NCBI GenBank assembly: GCA_018895235.1 | Contig: JAHIOM010000013.1 | Span: 6,527-70,526, forward strand | Reading direction: 5' to 3' | From: Patescibacteria group bacterium | GTDB lineage: Bacteria; Patescibacteriota; Minisyncoccia; Minisyncoccales; Staskawiczbacteraceae | Length of the DNA: 64,000 nucleotides | Part shown: positions 47,207-56,902 of the stretch, in pieces | Position numbering within the stretch: position 1 is the first letter of the stretch | How the letters are laid out: the number at the start of each line of letters is the position of its first letter | Made by a program: the position numbers and the translations under genes | Notes under the pieces: generated by a model | The model's input: the letters and a program-made list of their open reading frames with translations, nothing else | Database searches by the model: none | Told to the model about the DNA's origin: nothing

Positions 47207-47915
47207 CTTTTAAAAACTTAGAACATTTAATTATATCCCCGGGATTGCCGAAGTCCAACCATCTATCGTCAATTTTGACTACTTTTACTTTTTTATCTTT
47301 AGCTAAAAGAGTAATCACATCGGTAATCTCGTATTCGCCGCGAGGAGACTTCTTGATTTTAGGAAGTTTATCAAAGACCTCGGGAGTAAATTTATACATT
47401 CCTGTGTTGATTAAATTTCCGACATATTTTTTTGGCTTCTCAATAATCTCTTTAAGAAACCCATTATCAGTAATCAGGATGCCGTATTTTTCGGGATTTT
47501 CGTGAACCAAACCCGCCACGTAATTATAATTATCGTCCTTTGTCATCTCTTTTAAATCTCTGACGGAATATAAATTGTCGCCACAAACAAATAAAAACTG
47601 TTTTCCTTTTAGAATATCTTTAGTGCACATTAAAGGGCATGCCGTTCCATATATTTTTTCTTTTGGACCCAAAATATCAAATTGGTTAACAACCGTTGCT
47701 TTATAGCCGTATTCTTTTAAAAACTGTTTCATTAAATCACTGGCGTGGCCAACAACTAGAATAATTTCTTTGTAGCCGGCTTGCAGAAGATTGTCTAAAA
47801 CATACGCTAAAAAAGGTTTTCTATTAACCTTTATCAGATGTTTTGACTTATTTTTTGTAAGGTGCAGCATCCGGGCACCCTGCCCTGCCGCAGCCACAAT
47901 AACTGTTTTAATCAT
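47172..47915 (-). CDS. sugar-phosphate nucleotidyltransferase (NTP_transferase family)
   Basis: MIKTVIVAAAGQGARMLHLTKNKSKHLIKV...EIILVVGH. Confidence 0.75.
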   Translation of the reverse strand: MIKTVIVAAAGQGARMLHLTKNKSKHLIKVNRKPFLAYVLDNLLQAGYKEIILVVGHASDLMKQFLKEYGYKATVVNQFDILGPKEKIYGTACPLMCTKDILKGKQFLFVCGDNLYSVRDLKEMTKDDNYNYVAGLVHENPEKYGILITDNGFLKEIIEKPKKYVGNLINTGMYKFTPEVFDKLPKIKKSPRGEYEITDVITLLAKDKKVKVVKIDDRWLDFGNPGDIIKCSKFLKGENNYCQKRKS

Positions 47916-47983
47916 AACTATGAGTGAGGAAGAAATAAAAATTAATTTTTATTTAGACCGAACGATTAGTTATATAAATTACG

Positions 47984-48559
47984 TTAATTTCTATTAACTA
48001 AATTGAATGCCTTTTTATTTAATTCTAAATATTTTATAGGGACGATTTTCTTGATTGCCTTTAAAATTGAATTGGCTTTCAAGGGAATTATTTTTTTAAA
48101 TATACAATATCCCAAAAGATAAACCCCGCTAACCACTCCATTCTGCAATTCTTTTTTGCAAATTTCCGATGCGGGAATTAAGTAAAGGCGCTTTTTTAAT
48201 AGAGATTTTATTTTCTGCTCGATTTTTTCGCGACTAAATCCGCCCCGATAAAGAACATAATCATTATTTACTGCAAAGATGGTTTTTGAGTGAGAAAGGG
48301 GAATTTTTCTTGCACCCTCTTGAGTTTCCAAACTTATTACCAAATCCGCCTTCTTTCCATCAATTAACGGACTGTATATTTTTTTTCCGAACCTGATGTG
48401 GGTTTCAACGCTTCCGCCTCTTTGAGAAAGCCCGTGCAGTTCAGATGTTTTTACATCATAACCTTCCGATAGAGCGGCTTCAGCTAAAATCTGAGTTAAA
48501 GTAATTAACCCCTGACCGCCTACACCGGCAATTATAATATTAAAAGAATTTTTAACCAT
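47984..48559 (-). CDS. iorB: indolepyruvate/2-oxoacid:ferredoxin oxidoreductase gamma/beta-type subunit (IorB-like)
   Basis: IIIAGVGGQGLITLTQILAEAALSEGYDVKTSELHGLSQRGGSVETHIRFG is the POR gamma-domain signature. Confidence 0.7.
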   Translation of the reverse strand: MVKNSFNIIIAGVGGQGLITLTQILAEAALSEGYDVKTSELHGLSQRGGSVETHIRFGKKIYSPLIDGKKADLVISLETQEGARKIPLSHSKTIFAVNNDYVLYRGGFSREKIEQKIKSLLKKRLYLIPASEICKKELQNGVVSGVYLLGYCIFKKIIPLKANSILKAIKKIVPIKYLELNKKAFNLVNRN

Positions 48560-50183
48560 TTTTTTGTTTTTTAATAAGTAGAGCGCAAATTCTGCGAGCC
48601 ACGATTAAAGAAACTTCTTTTTTATTTAAAAACTCTTTAATGGTACTTTCATATTCTTTAATATTTACCGGGTCTATCACTTTTATATTTTTTACCCCGC
48701 AGGCAACGGCGATTTCTTCTGGTTTTAATATGGCCGTATCTTCACCCATTCCGGTTTTTCCAATACCAGGATTTGTCTGATGACCGGTCATTGCAGTAGT
48801 GCGATTGTCTAAAACAATAATTAAGGGGCTGGATTTATTAAAAACCGTGTTTATTAAAGCGGAGATGCCGGCATGGAAGAACGTTGAATCGCCCATTAAA
48901 GCTATCACTTTTTGCTTTTTTGTCGCTTTCATAATGCCATGTCCTATACCAACAGACGAACCCATTGAGAAAAGATAATCTTGCAAATTAAATTGGGGCA
49001 TCCCGGCCAACATATAGCAGCCGATATCACCGCCAAATATTATGTTTTTTGAAGTTAGTTTTTTAAGTATGGAAAAAGTTAAAAGATGGGGGCATCCCAA
49101 ACAGGGATTGGGATATCTTTTGGGAATTATTTCTTTTACTTCGGGAATTTGATATTTTCTGCCTAAAATTTTTGCTAATGCGAAGGTAATTTTATTAGCG
49201 TTTAATTCACCAATTGGAGACAAAAGGTTTTTCCCGAAAATCTGCAATTTTGGATTAATATCTTTTGCTAAAGCAGTAATTTCTTTCTCAAGATAACCTT
49301 CCAACTCTTCAACCACTAAAACTCTGTTTAACTTTTTAATAAACGGTTGTATTATTTTTTTCGGCAATGGGTAGAAAAACCCGAGTTTTAAAACCGGAAT
49401 ATGAAGATTTAATTCTTTCAATGCCTCCAATGTGTGCAAATAAGAAACACCGGAAGTAATTATTCCAACTTTAGCTGTGTTCCGAACTCCGCTAACTTTA
49501 TTTAGAGGGGATTTTTCGGCAAAATCGCGGATTTTTTCTATCTTTTCTAATAATTCTTTTTTCATTTCTAAAACCCTTGGCGGCATTGTAACAAACTGAT
49601 GCGGGTTTTTTATAAATTCGCCTGTTTTTTGGGTCCCAGTGTTCACCTTTGGGTCTATTACCACTGGCATTCTTTGGTGCGCTACTCTTGTGGTGGTTTT
49701 GACAATAACCGGGAGTTTGAACTTCTCTGAAAGTTTAAAGGCAAACTTGGTAAAATCTTTTGCTTCTTGAGGATCTGCTGGCTCTAATATGGGAATATGA
49801 GCCAAATAAGCAAAAGCCCTAGAATTCTCTTCTGATTGGGCAGAACTCCAGCAAGAAGGATCATCTGCAACTATAATTACCATAGGACCTACTACGCCAG
49901 TGTATAAAAGGGGTATTAAAGAATCTAAACAAACATTTACTCCAAAACTCTTCATCGCTACCAGAGATTTTAAACCAGAAAAACTAGCGCCGATTGCCGC
50001 TTCCAGGGCCACCTTTTCGTTGGTGGAAAATTCGAAATAGACACCGTTCTCTTTTGCTATTTTAGAAAAAACATTTCCGATTTCCGAACTGGGGGTGCCA
50101 GGATAAGCAGAAACAAAATTAACGCCTGCTTCTAAAGCGCCTTGTACGATTGCTTCGTTGCCCAACAAAATCTTTTTTATCAT
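48552..50183 (-). CDS. iorA: indolepyruvate:ferredoxin oxidoreductase alpha subunit (TPP-binding)
   Basis: N-terminal POR domain (GYPGTPSSEI), TPP-binding GDIGCYMLAG...GDSTFFHAG. Overlaps the downstream iorB by 8 nt. Confidence 0.7.
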   Translation of the reverse strand: MIKKILLGNEAIVQGALEAGVNFVSAYPGTPSSEIGNVFSKIAKENGVYFEFSTNEKVALEAAIGASFSGLKSLVAMKSFGVNVCLDSLIPLLYTGVVGPMVIIVADDPSCWSSAQSEENSRAFAYLAHIPILEPADPQEAKDFTKFAFKLSEKFKLPVIVKTTTRVAHQRMPVVIDPKVNTGTQKTGEFIKNPHQFVTMPPRVLEMKKELLEKIEKIRDFAEKSPLNKVSGVRNTAKVGIITSGVSYLHTLEALKELNLHIPVLKLGFFYPLPKKIIQPFIKKLNRVLVVEELEGYLEKEITALAKDINPKLQIFGKNLLSPIGELNANKITFALAKILGRKYQIPEVKEIIPKRYPNPCLGCPHLLTFSILKKLTSKNIIFGGDIGCYMLAGMPQFNLQDYLFSMGSSVGIGHGIMKATKKQKVIALMGDSTFFHAGISALINTVFNKSSPLIIVLDNRTTAMTGHQTNPGIGKTGMGEDTAILKPEEIAVACGVKNIKVIDPVNIKEYESTIKEFLNKKEVSLIVARRICALLIKKQKNG

Positions 50184-52591
50184 ACAACAATATTTATCAA
50201 TTTATTCTTTATAAATACTACTTTTTTTATTTTTTTATCTGCTATCCATTTTTTGATTTTTTCTTGTGATAAAGCTATTTCTTTTGCCTTATTTTCAGAA
50301 ATATCCACTGCAACCTCTATTTTATCACGCACTTTGCCATTTATTTGGATTACCAAAGTTATTTTTTCTTCTTTAATCAGTTTCGGATTATAAACCGGCC
50401 ATTTTTGAAGGTGAACACTCTTTTTAAAACCAGACAGCGACCAAAGTTCTTCTGTAATATGGGAGGCAAAAGGAGCAAATAAAATTAATAATTTTTCAAT
50501 AACATCTTTACCGGTTTTATCTTGGTTACTGGAAACCAAATTAGAAAATTCCATAAAAGCCGCGACTGCCGTGTTAAATTTAGCATTATCTAAATCTTCT
50601 GTAATTTTTTTAATCAGTTTATTAAAAGCAGATTGGATCTCTTTATTTGATTTTTTATTGTTTATACAGGACAAAACTAAATTCCAAAATCTGTCTAAAA
50701 ATCTTCTTACTCCAATTATACCCTTCGTGTCCCAAGCGATCATCTGGTCAAAAGGCCCCATAAACATCTCGTAAAGCCGGAGGCTGTCGGCCCCATATTG
50801 TTTGATAATATCATCTGGATTTATAACATTGCCCCAGGATTTGGACATTTTTCTACTGTCTTGGGCTAAAATAATACCGTGGGAAGTTCTTTTGGCATAG
50901 GGCTCTGACTGCGGAACAACCTTAATATCGTACAAGAACTTATACCAAAAGCGGGAATATAAAAGATGCAAAGTTGTATGTTCCATCCCTCCGTTATACC
51001 AGTCAACCGGTATCCAGTATTTTAGTTTTTTAGGATCAGTTATTTTTTTATCATTTTTGGGATCCAAATAGCGCATAAAATACCAGGAGGATCCAGCCCA
51101 ATTAGGCATTGTGTCTGTCTCTCTTTTAGCCGGTCCTTTGCATTTCGGACATTTTACCTTAATCCAAGAAGAAATAGCAGCTAAGGGCGATTCGCCAGTA
51201 CCTGTTGGCTGATATTTTTTCACAAAAGGAAGCTTAACCGGCAGATCTTTTTCTAACACAGGAACCTGCCCACACTTTTTACAATGGATTATCGGAATCG
51301 GCTCTCCCCAGTAGTGTTGACGCGAGAAAACCCAATCTCTTAATTTGTACTGGATTGTCTTCCGGCCTAATTTTTTCTGTTCCAACCATTGAGTAATTAT
51401 TTTAATTGCTTTTTCTGATGAAAGACCATCAAATTCTCCCGAGTTAATCAAAGCGCCATAATCAGTAAATGCTTCTTTTTTAATATCGCCGCCAGAGACC
51501 ACTTCTTTTATTGCCAGTTCATATTTTTTAGCAAATTGATAATCTCTAGCATCATGCGCCGGCACCATCATTACTGCCCCGCCGCCATAAGCAGCCACAA
51601 CGTAATCTCCAACCCAAATAGGCACTTTTTCGTTATTTAAAGGATTTATACAATAAGCGCCGGTAAATACGCCTGTTTTTTCTAGGTTTATCCTTTCAAA
51701 CTCGCTTTTTTGTTTTGATTGTTTTATATATCTTTTTACTTCTGTTTCTTTTTCTTTTTTTGTAATTTCTTGAACCAAAGGATTTTCTGGGGATATAACG
51801 ACAGCGGTAGCACCGAATATAGTGTCTATTCTGGTAGTAAACACCGTAATCTTTTTATCGGTTTTTTCTAATTTAAAATCAACTTCTGTACCAAAAGATT
51901 TTCCAATCCAATTTATCTGCTGAGCTTTTATCTTTTCCAAATAATTAACCTTATCTAAATCTTTAATCAGCCGATCGGCATATTTTGTAATTTTTAACAT
52001 CCATTGTTCCTTTTCTTTTATTGTTGCCTGTGCTCCACATCTCTCACATTCACCATCTACCACTTCCTCGTTAGCTAAACCGATCTTACAAGATGGACAC
52101 CAGTTAATCGGCATCTTTTTTTTATAGGCCAAGCCATTTTTGAAAAGTTGTAAAAAAATCCATTGGGTCCACTTATAGTATTTTGGGTCAGTGGTGTTTA
52201 TTTCTCTTTCCCAATCAAAAGAAAGGCCTAAACTCTTCATTTGGCGTTTAAAGTTAGCGATATTTTTCTTTACGGTAATTGAGGGGTGAATGCCGGTTTT
52301 AATAGCATAATTTTCTGCCGGTAAGCCAAAAGCGTCCCAGCCCATGGGGTATAAGACATTAAATCCCTGCATTCTTTTTTTCCGGGCAACTGCGTCTAAA
52401 GCGGTATAGCTTCTCACATGGCCGACATGAAGACCATCACCCGAAGGATAAGGAAACTCAACTAAAATATAAAATTTCGGGCCCAGCCTCTTTTGCGAAG
52501 GGGCTGGGTTTTGCGCCCGATAAAAACCTTTCTTTTCCCAAAAATTCTGCCATTTTTTTTCAATTTTCTGGGGGTTATATTTAATGGACAT
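50180..52591 (-). CDS. leuS: leucyl-tRNA synthetase (the ORF extends to 52822, overlapping tatD; the likely start is ATG 52591)
   Basis: Start MSIKYNPQKIEKKWQNFW, HIGH (YPSGDGLHVGHVRSY), KMSKS, and the CP1 editing domain. Confidence 0.9.
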   Translation of the reverse strand: MSIKYNPQKIEKKWQNFWEKKGFYRAQNPAPSQKRLGPKFYILVEFPYPSGDGLHVGHVRSYTALDAVARKKRMQGFNVLYPMGWDAFGLPAENYAIKTGIHPSITVKKNIANFKRQMKSLGLSFDWEREINTTDPKYYKWTQWIFLQLFKNGLAYKKKMPINWCPSCKIGLANEEVVDGECERCGAQATIKEKEQWMLKITKYADRLIKDLDKVNYLEKIKAQQINWIGKSFGTEVDFKLEKTDKKITVFTTRIDTIFGATAVVISPENPLVQEITKKEKETEVKRYIKQSKQKSEFERINLEKTGVFTGAYCINPLNNEKVPIWVGDYVVAAYGGGAVMMVPAHDARDYQFAKKYELAIKEVVSGGDIKKEAFTDYGALINSGEFDGLSSEKAIKIITQWLEQKKLGRKTIQYKLRDWVFSRQHYWGEPIPIIHCKKCGQVPVLEKDLPVKLPFVKKYQPTGTGESPLAAISSWIKVKCPKCKGPAKRETDTMPNWAGSSWYFMRYLDPKNDKKITDPKKLKYWIPVDWYNGGMEHTTLHLLYSRFWYKFLYDIKVVPQSEPYAKRTSHGIILAQDSRKMSKSWGNVINPDDIIKQYGADSLRLYEMFMGPFDQMIAWDTKGIIGVRRFLDRFWNLVLSCINNKKSNKEIQSAFNKLIKKITEDLDNAKFNTAVAAFMEFSNLVSSNQDKTGKDVIEKLLILFAPFASHITEELWSLSGFKKSVHLQKWPVYNPKLIKEEKITLVIQINGKVRDKIEVAVDISENKAKEIALSQEKIKKWIADKKIKKVVFIKNKLINIVV

Positions 52592-52665
52592 TATATTCAA
52601 ATTTAATATTCTATAATAGCATAAACAGGCTTTTTTAAAAGACCCTTGTTCTTGTTCGTGGAAAA

Positions 52666-53496
52666 CTAAATTCTGAATAATTCTCTTGCGTTTTGAGCAG
52701 TAATTTCCGCCACCTTTTCGTAATCGAGGCTTTTTAGTTCTGCGATTCTTCGAGCAACATATTTTACAAAAATCGGTTCGTTTCTCTCGTTCCCCTCTTG
52801 GGGCGGAGTTAAGTAGGGACAATCTGTTTCAAGTAAAATGCTTTCTAATGGAATTTGTTTTATTATTTCATCTAGATTTAGTTTAAAAATAATGCCGTTT
52901 AACCCGATATAAAAACCCATATCAACATATTTTTTAGCATCTTCTAGGGTGCCTGTAAAACAATGGATAACACCCCTAACATCTTTGTTTTTTTCTAAAA
53001 TAGCTATCAAATCCTGATGAGCCATCCGACAATGGAAAATAACTGGCAGTTTCAGTTCTTTTGCCAAATTTAATTGTTTTATAAAAAATTCTTTTTGCCG
53101 TGCTTTAAATAATTCTAATTTTGTTTTTGTTTTAGGCCGATAATAATAATCCAAACCAATCTCGCCTATAGCAACAACCCTCTGGCTATCGCTCAGGGCC
53201 AGCTTTTTGTATTTATCAATATCAAGGCTATCTTTGTTCGTTTCATCGCCCTCCTGTTCATTGGTGTCTTTTTTTATCTTGAAAAAATCACCGGCCAGGT
53301 GAATTGGATGCAATCCAATCGCGGCATAAACTCCTTGCTCATATTTTCTTGCGATATCAATTGCCAGCTTGCTATTGTCATAATTTGAACCAACATTAAT
53401 AACCCAAACATTTTCTTTTTGGGTTTTTTTAACAACTTCATCTAAATCGTCTTTGTAAGCAGAGAAATTAAGATGGGCGTGGGTATCGAAAAGCAT
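52666..53496 (-). CDS. tatD: TatD-family metal-dependent hydrolase/DNase
   Basis: MLFDTHAHLNF...HCF...LLETDCPYL. Confidence 0.85.
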   Translation of the reverse strand: MLFDTHAHLNFSAYKDDLDEVVKKTQKENVWVINVGSNYDNSKLAIDIARKYEQGVYAAIGLHPIHLAGDFFKIKKDTNEQEGDETNKDSLDIDKYKKLALSDSQRVVAIGEIGLDYYYRPKTKTKLELFKARQKEFFIKQLNLAKELKLPVIFHCRMAHQDLIAILEKNKDVRGVIHCFTGTLEDAKKYVDMGFYIGLNGIIFKLNLDEIIKQIPLESILLETDCPYLTPPQEGNERNEPIFVKYVARRIAELKSLDYEKVAEITAQNARELFRI

Positions 53497-53576
53497 TTTT
53501 TTATCTTATCAGATTTCTTGGCAATGAAAAAGGCGCAACTTTCGTTGTGCCCTTATTATTAGAACATTTAATCCGG

Positions 53577-53837
53577 CTATTCATCGGAATGTTTTTGAGG
53601 ATCTTGTGATCCATCTTTCTTTTCTGCCAAAGAGTTGACTTTTTCTGGCTGACTCTGTTGAGCAGTAGCTTGTTTCTCCCGCTTAATTGCTTCCCACACT
53701 TCCTTGCGGTGAACGGGGATGTGCGGTGGACAATTAATGCCAAGCCGAACTTTTTCACCCCGAATATCGACAATGGTAATCTCGATATCGTCGCCGATCA
53801 TAATTGTTTGGTCACGTTGACGGGACAGTACTAACAT
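53577..53837 (-). CDS. csrA: carbon storage regulator CsrA (RNA-binding) with an acidic/Gln-rich C-terminal tail
   Basis: MLVLSRQRDQTIMIGDDIEITIVDIRGEKVRLGINCPPHIPVHRKEVW versus the CsrA consensus MLILTRRVGETLMIGDEV...GVNAPKEVSVHREEIY. Confidence 0.8.
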   Translation of the reverse strand: MLVLSRQRDQTIMIGDDIEITIVDIRGEKVRLGINCPPHIPVHRKEVWEAIKREKQATAQQSQPEKVNSLAEKKDGSQDPQKHSDE

Positions 53838-53840
53838 GTT

Positions 53841-54269
53841 TCACCTCTTACTTTCTGTTTGTTTTATTATTGTTAATGCTTCCCGAACATAATTACATAA
53901 TTTTTCCATTCGAAACGGCTTAAAAATATACTGCCAAGCACCAAGCGATTCTCCATATACTTTATGCCGTAAACCAGGATTGCCGGTAATTACGATAATA
54001 ATGGGTGGTGCTGTTTTGTTTGCCCCTTTGCCCGTAATTCTGAAAATTTTTTCCATTACTAAAAAACCAGATCTTTTGGGCAACATAATATCAAGAATAA
54101 TAATGGCGGGAAAATGCTTCTCAAACTCGTCTATTGCTTCATTCCCATCATAGGCCTTGATTGTAGTGATGTGAGAAAATTCACTACTAATAAACGTACA
54201 AATTGCCTCTGTAATATCTCTGTCGTCATCAACTACTAAAATTTTATCAACGTCAAACAGGTTTTCCAT
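53841..54269 (-). CDS. single-domain response regulator (CheY-like receiver)
   Basis: ILVVDDDRDI...IILDIMLPKRSGF...KP; 4 nt upstream of csrA. Confidence 0.8.
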   Translation of the reverse strand: MENLFDVDKILVVDDDRDITEAICTFISSEFSHITTIKAYDGNEAIDEFEKHFPAIIILDIMLPKRSGFLVMEKIFRITGKGANKTAPPIIIVITGNPGLRHKVYGESLGAWQYIFKPFRMEKLCNYVREALTIIKQTESKR

Positions 54270-54440
54270 TGGTCTTACCTCCTCGTGAGTTTTTATTAAC
54301 GAACCGATTCCACTATACGGGGGAAGAGGTATTTTGTCAAATCTTTACTCTAAATAATATTGTTTATAAAAGATAGGAAGTTAAAAAAAAGCGCAATAGA
54401 TTTCTATTGCGCTTTTTGTGGCTCCTCTCTTGTCTCCCTA

Positions 54441-54947
54441 TCACGCTCCTGCTAATTCCCTGTCTTTTTTCTTGCTGATGTTACAAACACCAATCCAGAG
54501 AAGTTTAATAACCGATGCAACGAAGGCGAAACCTATGGCAAGAAAGAACCAATTGAAGTTCCCATTAAATTGCCTAAGGTCTCCAGATACCACCATTTTT
54601 TTGATAACTGAAGGTATCTTAACCATCTCCCCATAGCTGCATTGGACAACATGGGCAGATTGATTTGCTGCATCAGAACTAAACCAACTCATTAAGGCAT
54701 CGCCGCCGGCAAAGATGAAAATAACTGCCAACGGAGCAAGTAAAGGAATGGACAATATCCGAATGCCATTCCTCCACATTTTCTTTTCCGGTATTAACAC
54801 TAAAGTAATTGCAAATACCGAAAAAGTCCATGAGAGAGCAACAAAAATCATTCGGGCGCTTTCCACTTTCTCTGGGACCAAAAGAACAGCAGGAACCAGA
54901 AAAACTAATGCTAGAATTACATGTATTCTCTTCCAATCTTTTTTCAT
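54441..54947 (-). CDS. integral membrane protein (hypothetical)
   Basis: Four predicted TM helices. No family recognised. Confidence 0.35.
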   Translation of the reverse strand: MKKDWKRIHVILALVFLVPAVLLVPEKVESARMIFVALSWTFSVFAITLVLIPEKKMWRNGIRILSIPLLAPLAVIFIFAGGDALMSWFSSDAANQSAHVVQCSYGEMVKIPSVIKKMVVSGDLRQFNGNFNWFFLAIGFAFVASVIKLLWIGVCNISKKKDRELAGA

Positions 54948-54994
54948 AACAATCTCCTTATAAACAGAGCGGGTCTTAAGCTAAATTCTGTTTT

Positions 54995-55300
54995 TTACAT
55001 ACCCAATGCTTTTTCTGCCCTGGCAACTGGACCACTTCCGCCGTCGCTGGTAACTGCACTTCTTGGAGTCGTAACAGGATTTGGTGCAGTATTTGGCCTC
55101 TTCACAACTTCAGTAAGAAGTTCGGGATTACCACTTAGAGCAATAGCTCCCTCTGTCTCACCACCATTGAGAATGAGCCGAGAATGACTTTCCCAATTCA
55201 AGCTAGGAAATCTTGTAGATTGGGAATTTGCGCACCCACCGACGACGAACATCAAAACAACAACCAGAACAACAACCAAATTTTTGAGCATGCTACTCAT
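54995..55300 (-). CDS. small lipoprotein (hypothetical)
   Basis: Signal peptide with lipobox LMFVVGGC. Confidence 0.4.
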   Translation of the reverse strand: MSSMLKNLVVVLVVVLMFVVGGCANSQSTRFPSLNWESHSRLILNGGETEGAIALSGNPELLTEVVKRPNTAPNPVTTPRSAVTSDGGSGPVARAEKALGM

Positions 55301-55335
55301 TCTACATCTCCTTAAAAGAGCCGAACATCTTGAGC

Positions 55336-55362
55336 AATTTCTAAACTACAAGTTTAGAAATT
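55336..55362. promoter_or_regulatory. perfect palindrome AATTTCTAAACT-aca-AGTTTAGAAATT upstream of the lipoprotein gene; candidate operator
   Basis: 12-bp arms with a 3-nt spacer, 36 nt upstream of the lipoprotein start. Confidence 0.35.
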
Positions 55363-55497
55363 TACAATAAAACATAAACATTTATATCCACGCTTCCGTT
55401 CGTCTAACTTCCATCCGTGTTTTTATGTTTTCCAAATATAGTTGTCAAATTACAAAAACGAATAAAATAATACTAACATAAAAAGGATTTCTTGTCA

Positions 55498-55584
55498 ACC
55501 CTTCACCTTTCGGGAACACCCTATGGCAGTTATAATCTTCTATTTTTTCTACGATGACACTATATCTACCGAAAGGTGAAGGGT
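55498..55584. repeat. 16-bp perfect inverted repeat (ACCCTTCACCTTTCGG / CCGAAAGGTGAAGGGT) separated by 55 nt
   Basis: Seen in sequence between the lipoprotein gene and the thioredoxin-like gene terminator. Confidence 0.35.
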
Positions 55585-55628
55585 CAATATCAGCAATAAA
55601 AAAGCGCTGCCTGAAAAGAGCAAGCGCT

Positions 55629-56030
55629 TTATGCCACTGGAACTATTCTTTCCATACGTTTTAAGCCAGAATATGGCTCTGGGTTGAGTAGTTCGTCTAA
55701 ATGATAATAAATGCCGGGTTCACTGCTTGGGCAGGAAAATCGCGCAACTTCTTTACCTTGGTAAAACAGAACTATAGTGGGAACATCATTAATGGAAATT
55801 TGCTGACAAATATTTTTATCTTCGCCCGAATTCACCCAAAAAAATCTTACTCTTCCGCCGTATCTTTCTGCAAACCTTTCCGCTAAAATCGACATATTCA
55901 ATGCTTCGCCATCAATATTTTGGGTACAAGTAAAAAAGAGGGCTAAAGGGTTATTTTCCTTTAATAATTCGGCAAAACCGCCGTTGCCGTTATCCCTAAA
56001 CTGCGGGAATGTTGGTTTAAATTCTCCCAT
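55629..56030 (-). CDS. thioredoxin-fold protein lacking a canonical CxxC
   Basis: beta-alpha-beta pattern ...ALFFTCTQN...RVRFFWVN...VPTIVLFYQGKEV resembles thioredoxin-like fold. Confidence 0.4.
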   Translation of the reverse strand: MGEFKPTFPQFRDNGNGGFAELLKENNPLALFFTCTQNIDGEALNMSILAERFAERYGGRVRFFWVNSGEDKNICQQISINDVPTIVLFYQGKEVARFSCPSSEPGIYYHLDELLNPEPYSGLKRMERIVPVA

Positions 56031-56088
56031 AAGTTCTCACCTCTTTTCCTTGACCAATAGAAAGTTGTTAAGGACCTATTAGGGTACA

Positions 56089-56107
56089 GGGTTCGAATCT
56101 TGTGCCC
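56089..56107 (+). other. tRNA-like 3'-end fragment GGGTTCGAATCTTGTGCCC (no complete tRNA can be folded); 15 of 18 identical to 30616-30633
   Basis: T-loop consensus GGTTCGAATC but no 5' half. Confidence 0.4.
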
Positions 56108-56217
56108 TTAATCAATTCTAGATTTGATAAATAAATAGGTCAAGATGGGGCTTTTGCACAAGTAAAAAAAGAGCGCCCAGTACTTTTAAGTACATTAGGC
56201 GCTTTACGAATTGAGAA

Positions 56218-56382
56218 TTAGGCGACCTTGTTTTTGAGGTCTTTAAGCATCTCCCGAACTGCAGTTTTAATCACGACCGGTTGGTCGTAAAAATCGGCTG
56301 CAATCCGTCTCTTTGCCTTAGCCACTTTTTCCGGTCGCACCGTACCCTCTGGCGGCCTTTCGTTTTTCTTCATTTGAGCCAT
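56218..56382 (-). CDS. 54-aa FlgM-like (anti-sigma-28 domain) protein, last gene of a four-gene small-protein operon; below the ORF-track size cutoff
   Basis: RPEKVAKAKRRIAADFYDQPVVIKTAVREML versus B. subtilis FlgM [38 protein letters not shown] 5 nt upstream. Terminator hairpin AGCGCC...GGCGCT plus T7 downstream (56170-56215). Confidence 0.35.
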   Translation of the reverse strand: MAQMKKNERPPEGTVRPEKVAKAKRRIAADFYDQPVVIKTAVREMLKDLKNKVA

Positions 56383-56399
56383 TCATTCTCCTTTCTGGA

Positions 56400-56468
56400 T
56401 CAATATAAGCTGACAAAAGCTAGGAATATAAACAGAACCATCTTTTTAACTTTCTTCCAATTAATCAT
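56400..56468 (-). CDS. 22-aa hydrophobic peptide MINWKKVKKMVLFIFLAFVSLY (paralogue of the upstream peptide)
   Basis: SD AAGGAG 6 nt upstream; single TM helix. Confidence 0.35.
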   Translation of the reverse strand: MINWKKVKKMVLFIFLAFVSLY

Positions 56469-56497
56469 ATTTTTCTCCTTTTTGGAGCCAAGATTAA

Positions 56498-56569
56498 TCA
56501 ACACGTAAAGAAGATAAATGCCCAAAATGTTAGAAAGGCTATTATTTTTATTTCCTCCCAGTTCGTCAT
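56498..56569 (-). CDS. 23-aa hydrophobic peptide MTNWEEIKIIAFLTFWAFIFFTC
   Basis: Start codon 1 nt after the stop of the upstream 58-aa ORF (SD GGAGGAG); single TM helix. Confidence 0.35.
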   Translation of the reverse strand: MTNWEEIKIIAFLTFWAFIFFTC

Positions 56570-56570
56570 T

Positions 56571-56747
56571 TTATTCTCCTCCTTTATTAGCGGTTTCTTC
56601 GGAAAAAATGGGTAAACCAGCCGCCGCCCGAACAGCATAAATCAGTACATTACTTCCTCTCACTATGGCGACTTCTTCTTGGTCTACTTCTTCACTAAAC
56701 CGACCCGGCCTAAATCCTTTCCACGTCCGTGTTCCTTCTGATATCAT
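56571..56747 (-). CDS. 58-aa hypothetical protein, first gene of the small-protein operon
   Basis: MISEGTRTWKGFRPGRFSEEVDQEEVAIVRGSNVLIYAVRAAAGLPIFSEETANKGGE. SD AAGGAG 5 nt upstream. Confidence 0.35.
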   Translation of the reverse strand: MISEGTRTWKGFRPGRFSEEVDQEEVAIVRGSNVLIYAVRAAAGLPIFSEETANKGGE

Positions 56748-56902
56748 TCCTGCTCCTTCTTCTCAATATGGGTTGTTAAAGTACAAACATTTAATATAAC
56801 GTAAAACCCATTATATTATGAAAGAATAGGTTTGTCAATCCTCCTGGACGAGGAATTGGTTTCAATAAAAAAGCGCGGATTACCACGCCTTATTGTTTTT
56901 CA

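Noticed and set aside
52591-52822. 77-aa N-terminal extension of the leuS ORF overlapping tatD
   Set aside because: LeuRS homology starts at MSIKYNPQ (52591). The extension would overlap tatD by 150 nt.
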